DNA from: Perlabentimonas sp.
Lineage (GTDB): Bacteria; Bacteroidota; Bacteroidia; Bacteroidales; Tenuifilaceae
Assembly: GCA_041685855.1 (NCBI GenBank)
Contig: JAWLEY010000001.1
Location: 1 to 35,205 of the forward strand
Reading direction: 5' to 3'
Length of the DNA: 35,205 nt
The notes beneath the pieces are model-generated. The model saw only the letters and a list, made by a program, of their open reading frames with translations, did not search any database and was not told the DNA's origin. Both the position numbers and the translations under genes were made by a program. This document shows, piece by piece, positions 29,083 to 35,205 of the stretch. Numbering within the stretch: position 1 is the stretch's first letter; each line of letters opens with the position of its first letter.

Positions 29083-29086
29083 AATT

Positions 29087-32000
29087 TTAGAATGTCATGG
29101 TTGTACCTAAACGGAAAATTCTTGCCTGTGGATAGATACCTCTATCAATTCCTATGTCAAAGGAGCTCATGGCTCCAATCTCGGGATCAGCACCTGTGTA
29201 GTTGGTGAAAGTGAAAAGGTTCTCAGCAGACACATAAAACCTTAGGTTTTTGGCTTTTAATCTAGTTTGTAATTTTTCAGGTAATGTGTAGCCAAACTGA
29301 ACGTTTTTCACCCTAAGGAAAGAGCCATCTTCTACGTATAGGTCTGATACCCGGTAGTTGTTATTTATATCGCTCCATGCTACACGAGGTGTTGTGTTTG
29401 AGGGTTTATCCTCAGTCCAGCGATCTAAGATAGCTGTAGTTCTATTGGTGTAGTATAGGTCTTGTCTTTGGGCGCCATTAAATACATCGTTACCATACGA
29501 TCCCACAAGGAGGAAGGATAGGTCGAAGCTCTTGTACTCAACAGATCCATTCATTCCGAAGGTCCATTTTGGAGTTGGGTTACCAATCATGGTGCGGTCA
29601 TCGGCATTTAATACTCCATCGCCATTTACGTCAACAAAACGAACATCGCCTGGCTTGGCATTGGGTTGTAACTGTTGTCCGGTGCTCCCGATATGCTGAA
29701 ATACTTCTGTTTGACTTTGAAATATACCATCGGTTTTATATCCCCAGAAGTATGCAATGGGCAAGCCAACTTCGGCCCGGGTTATCATTCCTGCCACGGC
29801 CCAGTCGGCACCTGGCAGAACGCCCTCCTCGTTACCAATAACAGTCATTTCGTTTTTGTTATATGCACCATTTAGTCCAATTGAGTAGCTAAGGCCTTCA
29901 ATGTATTGACGCCAGTTTAATTCCAGTTCAACACCTCTGTTCTGGACACTACCAACATTTGCCACTGGTGGATCGTTACCCACATGCGCAGGTATTGGAA
30001 TCCTTTCCAAAAGTCCTTTGGTGGTTTTTGAGTAGAAATCTACGGTAGCTGTAAGTTTGCTATCGAATGCGCCAATATCAATGGCGATGTTTGATTGTAC
30101 TGACTCCTCCCAGTGTATATCTGCATTTTCAATGTATGCAGGGGAAGCGCCAATCATTCTACCACCCCCAAATATATATCCTCTGCTATAGTCCATTAAT
30201 GGTATAAACTGGTAGTCTCCAATTTCTTGATTACCGTTTACACCCCAAGAGGCTCTTAGTTTTAAGATGTTAACGGGGCCAAGGTCAGGAATAAAATCCT
30301 CGTCGCTAACTACCCACGAAACACCTAAGGATGGGAATATACCGAACCTTTTGTTTGGTCCGAATTTAGATGAGCCATCTCTCCTTAGGATACCTGTAAA
30401 TGAGTATTTGCTTTTATAATCGTAATTTATACGACCGAAGGTTGAAAGCAATGCTGAGTGAGCTGCTCCGCCGTAGGCTGTCCATACCGTATCGGTTGCC
30501 ATGTTAAGATAAACATGATTGGGATCAGTTATGGGAACATCGGCGTTGAAGCCTGATAGATTCTCGTAATTAAATTTTCTGGCAGTGGTACCAAGAAGTG
30601 CTGAGAAGTTGTGATCCTCAATTTGCTTGGAGTATACCAGAGTGTTTTCCCATTGCCAAGTGTAATATCGCTGAATATTTTTCGATACAGATGTTTTATC
30701 ATCATTCAGCTGAGCACCGTTAAGGAAGAATAATGGTCTGTGTGAATCGTTAATTTCGTATGCTAAATCGATACCCAAACTAGAGTTGAGTTTTAGTCCT
30801 TCAATAATTTCAAGCTCACCAAAAACGTTACCTACAATTTTATCAACCCTTGTTTCTGCGTTCTGTATCTCCATTAAAGCCAATGGGTTAACAATTTCGG
30901 CGCCAACAATATCTGAAATACCATAAACTCTTCCATCGGAAGTGGTTACAACTGGTTCACTATCGTATGGGTAGGAGTTAAGTTCATCTTCGTCGTCCTC
31001 ATAAACTGGGGTTAGGGGGTCGAGGTTGAGCGCGCTGCTGTATGCGCTGTTGAAGGATTGGTTGCTGGCAATACCACGGCGCACAATGTGAGAGTATGCC
31101 ATATTGCTACCAAACCTAAAATTTTTATTAACCTGATGGCGTGTATTCAGTCTGCCCGATATCCTATCGAACTGTGATTTTTCACCACCAATAATCCCTT
31201 GCTGTGAGAAGTACGATAATGATGATGCGTAGGTTGATTTTTCGTTTCCTCCGGTAACCGACAGCTCGTGGTTGGTCATTGGCGCATTTTTATGGAAAAG
31301 ATGCTCCTGCCAATTGGTGTTATGCTTAGGAATTTCGTTTAAATCGAATGTTTCGCTTAGGTTGGAATTTGCTCGTGCCTCATTCCATATCATTTTATAC
31401 TGCTCAGCGTTGAGCATGTCAATAGTTTTTGCAACATTTTGGATTCCCTGATAACCAGAGTAGGTGACACTCATTTCGCCTTTTTCACCACCCTTTGTTG
31501 TAATAAGTACAACTCCGTTGGCGGCTCTGGCACCATAAATTGCTGCTGATGCAGCATCTTTTAATACGTCTATCGATTCAATATCACCAGGGTTTAAGTA
31601 GTCAATTCCTCCAACGGCCATTCCATCAACAATATACAATGGTTCAGCGTTGCCTGTAGTTCCTGCACCCCTGATACGAACCGTTGGCGGCTCACCAGGT
31701 TGTCCAGACAGGTTGGTGATTTGTACACCTGCTGTTCGTCCCTGTAAAGCCTGCTCAATACGTAGAGACGGGGTGGATGTAATCTCTTCTGCATCAATAC
31801 TTGCAATGGCGCCTGTTACAACCTTTTTTTTCTGTGTGCCGTAACCAACAACCACAATTTCGTCAAGCGACATAAGTTCTGTATTGAGGCTAACCTCTAT
31901 GGATTCCTTCCCTTCAATTGGTATTGTTATGGTCTCATAACCAACCGATGAGATTTCTAAAGTAGCTGTTGAACTTGATACTGTTAGTGTGAAGTTGCCT

Positions 32001-32191
32001 TCAATATCCGTACTAGTTCCGTTGGTTGTTCCTTGTTCAATTACTGTTGCACCAGGAACACCTTCACTAGTTTCTGCGTCTTTAACAACACCGTTAACGG
32101 TGTGAGATTGTGCAAAAAGCAAGTTTGATGAATAAACTAGGGCTATGATTAAGAGTACCCTTTTTAAGTGTCTGTTCATAAGATTTAACAT
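29087..32191 (-). CDS. susC: SusC/RagA family TonB-dependent transporter
   Basis: Signal peptide, N-terminal carboxypeptidase-regulatory-like domain, LDEIVVVGYG, plug motif DIESIDVLKDAASAAIYGARAANGVVLITTK, C-terminal YPQARIFRLGTTMTF. Confidence 0.97.
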   Translation of the reverse strand: MLNLMNRHLKRVLLIIALVYSSNLLFAQSHTVNGVVKDAETSEGVPGATVIEQGTTNGTSTDIEGNFTLTVSSSTATLEISSVGYETITIPIEGKESIEVSLNTELMSLDEIVVVGYGTQKKKVVTGAIASIDAEEITSTPSLRIEQALQGRTAGVQITNLSGQPGEPPTVRIRGAGTTGNAEPLYIVDGMAVGGIDYLNPGDIESIDVLKDAASAAIYGARAANGVVLITTKGGEKGEMSVTYSGYQGIQNVAKTIDMLNAEQYKMIWNEARANSNLSETFDLNEIPKHNTNWQEHLFHKNAPMTNHELSVTGGNEKSTYASSLSYFSQQGIIGGEKSQFDRISGRLNTRHQVNKNFRFGSNMAYSHIVRRGIASNQSFNSAYSSALNLDPLTPVYEDDEDELNSYPYDSEPVVTTSDGRVYGISDIVGAEIVNPLALMEIQNAETRVDKIVGNVFGELEIIEGLKLNSSLGIDLAYEINDSHRPLFFLNGAQLNDDKTSVSKNIQRYYTWQWENTLVYSKQIEDHNFSALLGTTARKFNYENLSGFNADVPITDPNHVYLNMATDTVWTAYGGAAHSALLSTFGRINYDYKSKYSFTGILRRDGSSKFGPNKRFGIFPSLGVSWVVSDEDFIPDLGPVNILKLRASWGVNGNQEIGDYQFIPLMDYSRGYIFGGGRMIGASPAYIENADIHWEESVQSNIAIDIGAFDSKLTATVDFYSKTTKGLLERIPIPAHVGNDPPVANVGSVQNRGVELELNWRQYIEGLSYSIGLNGAYNKNEMTVIGNEEGVLPGADWAVAGMITRAEVGLPIAYFWGYKTDGIFQSQTEVFQHIGSTGQQLQPNAKPGDVRFVDVNGDGVLNADDRTMIGNPTPKWTFGMNGSVEYKSFDLSFLLVGSYGNDVFNGAQRQDLYYTNRTTAILDRWTEDKPSNTTPRVAWSDINNNYRVSDLYVEDGSFLRVKNVQFGYTLPEKLQTRLKAKNLRFYVSAENLFTFTNYTGADPEIGAMSSFDIGIDRGIYPQARIFRLGTTMTF

Positions 32192-32224
32192 TTTAGTTTT
32201 TAAATCCCTAAGAGCGATAGTTTT

Positions 32225-33328
32225 TTAACTCTCTTGAAAAACTCTGATATAGTCTACCTTCATTTGCTGTGGAAAAACCGTAGTATCATCTGGGCTTCCT
32301 GGCCAGTTGCCACCAACAGCAATGTTGAGTATAAAGAAAAATTCTTGATGGAACTCTGTCATATGACTTGGAGTTATGTCAATCTGATAGAATTGATTGT
32401 CGTTAACAAACCAGGTAATATTGTTTTCGTCCCATATTATTGTAAATACATGGTACTCGTTAGCAAATATACCTGTTTGCAAGGTATAATCGCCCCCAAC
32501 ATAGTTGTGCCCCTCATTATCCCAGTGAATGGTGCCGTGAACAGTTTTTTCCTGTCCGTTACCACCAATCATCTCCATAATATCAATTTCTCCACATGCA
32601 GGCCAACCAATTGAAGTTATATTACTACCAAGCATCCAAAGTGCTGGCCAAATGCCTTGCCCTTTGGGTAGTAGTGCTCTAATATCTATTCTGCCGTATT
32701 TAAATGAATGTTTGCCTTGGGTTTTCATGCGGGCTGATGTATAATTGCTGCCCTGATAGTTTTCGTTTCTGGCTTCTATTGTTAGTACGTCATCTTCAAC
32801 CCAAGCGTTCTCCTGACGGTAGTACTGTAGTTCGTTGTTTCCCCAACCGCATAGGTTTGGACAACCTGTTCCGGTTTCAAAAACCCAGTTGTTTGTGTTA
32901 ATTTCGTTGCCTTCGAACTCGTCCTGCCAAACTAAGGTGTAACCATCGTAATTGAGAGGCGTAGTGTACCCATCCTCTACTGAAATATCGGTATTAAGAC
33001 TTATTGATACTTCTCTGACTTCCCTTAAATATCTTCCAGATAGGCCGTATGCACGAATATCTAACTGATAATTTCCTGGTTGGATAAAAGTATATTCGAA
33101 AGTTCCCGTAGTGTTAGATTCTTCTGGGTCGGGGTTGTTCCCAATGCGCAGTTCGTACTCTATAGCATTATCGGCAGTTGCCTGAATCTCTACTGTTCCT
33201 GATCCGTCATCTGCTACATTCACTTCTACTTCAAGATTTGCAGGGTCTTCTGTGTTTGTTATATTTTCATTGTCACATGCACTTAATCCCTGAAGAATAA
33301 GAACTAACCCGATGAGCCTACCTATCAT
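32225..33328 (-). CDS. GH16 endo-beta-1,3-glucanase (laminarinase), lipoprotein with an N-terminal Ig/PKD-like domain
   Basis: Lipobox LSAC; LVWQDEF, GWGNNELQYY, GIWPALWMLG, catalytic WPACGEIDIME, NIAVGGNWPG, MKVDYIRVFQ. Confidence 0.95.
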   Translation of the reverse strand: MIGRLIGLVLILQGLSACDNENITNTEDPANLEVEVNVADDGSGTVEIQATADNAIEYELRIGNNPDPEESNTTGTFEYTFIQPGNYQLDIRAYGLSGRYLREVREVSISLNTDISVEDGYTTPLNYDGYTLVWQDEFEGNEINTNNWVFETGTGCPNLCGWGNNELQYYRQENAWVEDDVLTIEARNENYQGSNYTSARMKTQGKHSFKYGRIDIRALLPKGQGIWPALWMLGSNITSIGWPACGEIDIMEMIGGNGQEKTVHGTIHWDNEGHNYVGGDYTLQTGIFANEYHVFTIIWDENNITWFVNDNQFYQIDITPSHMTEFHQEFFFILNIAVGGNWPGSPDDTTVFPQQMKVDYIRVFQES

Positions 33329-33373
33329 GTGTAATATATTTTGGTTGATTAAATACTAACATTAAAATGGTTT

Positions 33374-33405
33374 AAAAAGAGAGCCCTGCATTACAGGGAC
33401 TCTCT
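33374..33405 (-). terminator. Intrinsic terminator between the first PUL gene and GH16
   Basis: Minus strand AGAGAG-T-CCCTG-TAATG-CAGGG-CTCTCT followed by TTTT (11-bp stem with one bulge, then a U-tract). Confidence 0.7.
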
Positions 33406-33456
33406 ATAATCATTAACCAAGTAGTGTGTTAATTATACAAGGTTTGCTTATAACCA

Positions 33457-35061
33457 TTAATAAAAATAAATGTTGTCAACAAAGATAGTTGGAGAATCTC
33501 CGGTTTCAGCATCATCAAACTTCAGTTGGTCTATTTGTGTTAAGTCAGGAGCAGTGTATTCCGAAAGGTCAATATCAAAACTCTTCCATACACCTGCTTC
33601 AGCTGTAAGTGTAACAGGATTCTCAGCGCCACCACCTATCAGTGATAAGTTTACATCGGTTACACCTGCACAATAAACATCTACATGAACTGTAGTTTTG
33701 CCCGAAACGTCCTGAGGATTACCAGTAAAATCAATTCCTTGGTAGTTTAAATCTGCCATTTTCAGAGCCATTTCACCTGCAATTTCTACTTCCTGAGTCA
33801 CAGTTGCCTGTCCCCAGTCAGGATCAAGGTCAACACCTGAGATGTCTGTGTAAGCATCACTATAAATTGAAATAACGTTTGCTTCATCTTCGGTTGGGGT
33901 TGGTGCAGGGTCTGTTGGGTTTAAACTAATTGTTACATTTTTTGTAACTTCTTTAGTGTCACCGCCGGCATCGGTACCTGTTAAGGTAACCTCATATACA
34001 CCCTCTGCATCATAAGTATGTACTGGGTTTTCCTCTGTAGATGTGTTACCGTCACCAAGATCCCAGCTGTAGGAAACTGCGTCTTTAGATAGATTCTCAA
34101 AGGTTGCGGTGAATTCTTCAACAGTATATGCAAAATCTACCATAAATGAAACCACATCAGGCTCATTAGACCAATCATGATAGCTTACATAGTTGAATTG
34201 CCAGTAGAAACCAGTGCCTGTTACAGAAACAACCATTAGGTCATAATCTGTTTCTTCAGTAATGGTTACATCATACTGAACGGATTGTTGTGGAACAAGA
34301 ACGTCACCATCAGGAGTTACTTTTATTAAGCCAATCCATGCACCTTCACCGGTTAATGTTAATGTGCCTGCAGAAGGGGCGTATTCAAATTGGTGGGTTC
34401 CGCTTAGCCAAGCGCTAACGTCATCACCGTCGGTGTTTACCATATTGGCTGCAGTTGCTTCAAAGCAAGTCGCCTCTACATCAGTTCCTGCAAAAACAAA
34501 GTCATCTCCCCAGAAAGCACCGCCATCGTCAAATGTCATTGTGCCATCAGCGTTGAATGTCCATGTTTGCTCGTAAACGCAAGGACGAGTACCGACATTT
34601 TCTAAGGACCACCATCCAAATGCTGTTTCAGGAGTTTCACTAACTCCCATAGCTACACCTTCACGTATTAATCTCCAATCTTTTGAAGTCTCACCCACTA
34701 AGATTCTTAAGGCTTCGATTGGGTCTGTAATGGTGATTTCTTCTTGAAATTCATGGCTAGCTCCTTCATCGTTAGTTGCAGTTAGTTTAACCGTGTAGTC
34801 ATCTGCCTCGGCATATGTATGCACTGGGTTTTCTTCAGTAGATGTTTCGCCATCGCCAAAATCCCAGGCGAATGATGTGGCATTTTGCGAAAAGTTAGTG
34901 AATTCAACCATTAAGAAGTTGTCATCACTAATTTCATACTGAAAACTAGCAATTGGATCCGGGCTAGGCTCATCATCTTTACAAGCGGTAAAGGTCACAA
35001 GAAGAAATGCGCCTAAAAGCAAAGTTGCTTTCTTAATAAAATTAAATGTGTTTGTTTTCAT
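33457..35061 (-). CDS. Multi-modular surface glycan-binding lipoprotein (PKD, putative binding module, PKD, CBM-like domain)
   Basis: Lipobox FTAC-KDDE; two PKD repeats (WDFGDGETSTEENPVHTY / WDLGDGNTSTEENPVHTY); Trp-rich middle domain; Pro/Thr linker and a C-terminal VISIYSDAY...WGQAT...LNYQGIDF module; no catalytic motif recognised. Confidence 0.8.
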   Translation of the reverse strand: MKTNTFNFIKKATLLLGAFLLVTFTACKDDEPSPDPIASFQYEISDDNFLMVEFTNFSQNATSFAWDFGDGETSTEENPVHTYAEADDYTVKLTATNDEGASHEFQEEITITDPIEALRILVGETSKDWRLIREGVAMGVSETPETAFGWWSLENVGTRPCVYEQTWTFNADGTMTFDDGGAFWGDDFVFAGTDVEATCFEATAANMVNTDGDDVSAWLSGTHQFEYAPSAGTLTLTGEGAWIGLIKVTPDGDVLVPQQSVQYDVTITEETDYDLMVVSVTGTGFYWQFNYVSYHDWSNEPDVVSFMVDFAYTVEEFTATFENLSKDAVSYSWDLGDGNTSTEENPVHTYDAEGVYEVTLTGTDAGGDTKEVTKNVTISLNPTDPAPTPTEDEANVISIYSDAYTDISGVDLDPDWGQATVTQEVEIAGEMALKMADLNYQGIDFTGNPQDVSGKTTVHVDVYCAGVTDVNLSLIGGGAENPVTLTAEAGVWKSFDIDLSEYTAPDLTQIDQLKFDDAETGDSPTIFVDNIYFY

Positions 35062-35126
35062 AGCAAAGTAAATTTAATTTAAAATTAATGTTAGGTTTGA
35101 ATAGAAATTTAAAATTTTGCTAAAAA

Positions 35127-35158
35127 CAAATTAATCTTAACTTAAACCCAATCGCAAA
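35127..35158 (-). promoter_or_regulatory. Candidate PUL promoter (-33 TTTG, 20-nt spacer, -7 TTAATTTG)
   Basis: TTTG at 35158-35155 and a one-mismatch -7 box at 35134-35127 with canonical spacing, 65 nt upstream of the first PUL ATG. Confidence 0.4.
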
Positions 35159-35205
35159 AAAATGTATTCATCAATGATACAACACGAACAAAAAACACTA
35201 CATCA

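Larger units (their letters stand above)
16168..35061 (-). other. Beta-1,3-glucan (laminarin/curdlan/paramylon-type) polysaccharide utilisation locus, 9 co-oriented genes
   Basis: susC-susD pair with GH16, GH158-like, two GH3, GH149-like, a PKD lipoprotein and an MFS transporter; these enzyme families converge on beta-1,3-glucan. Confidence 0.9.

Noticed and set aside
16190-34576. Plus-strand and alternate-frame ORFs of 60-128 aa across the PUL
   Set aside because: All overlap well-supported minus-strand genes and lack family motifs.
1-35205. CRISPR array, tRNA/rRNA, transposase, prophage or defence genes
   Set aside because: No repeat-spacer periodicity or RNA-gene signature was seen; intergenic gaps are short and the long ORFs are otherwise explained.

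Overview
Bacteroidota (most likely Bacteroidales) chromosomal window. The left half (1-16.1 kb) is mostly housekeeping: 5'-truncated rpoB, rpoC, DUF3467, truA, a FabX-like flavin/Fe-S oxidoreductase, an EamA transporter, two tandem secreted TPR proteins, a GT2, a ComEA-like HhH protein, a BASS symporter and a 65-aa membrane protein. The right half (16.2-35.1 kb, all minus strand) is a nine-gene beta-1,3-glucan (laminarin-type) polysaccharide utilisation locus. Its order is PKD/CBM surface lipoprotein, GH16, SusC, SusD, GH3, MFS sugar porter, GH158-like glucanase, GH3, GH149-like phosphorylase. The most notable points are (1) a sugar porter with a ~70-aa extra loop paired with a cytoplasmic phosphorylase, suggesting oligosaccharide import plus phosphorolysis; (2) RNA hairpins at the longer PUL gene junctions, including a perfect 17-17-17 inverted repeat and a ~135-nt three-hairpin element; (3) the FabX-like enzyme with candidate operators. 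I found no rRNA, tRNA, CRISPR array or intact transposase. Family calls come from motif recognition by eye; no searches were run.
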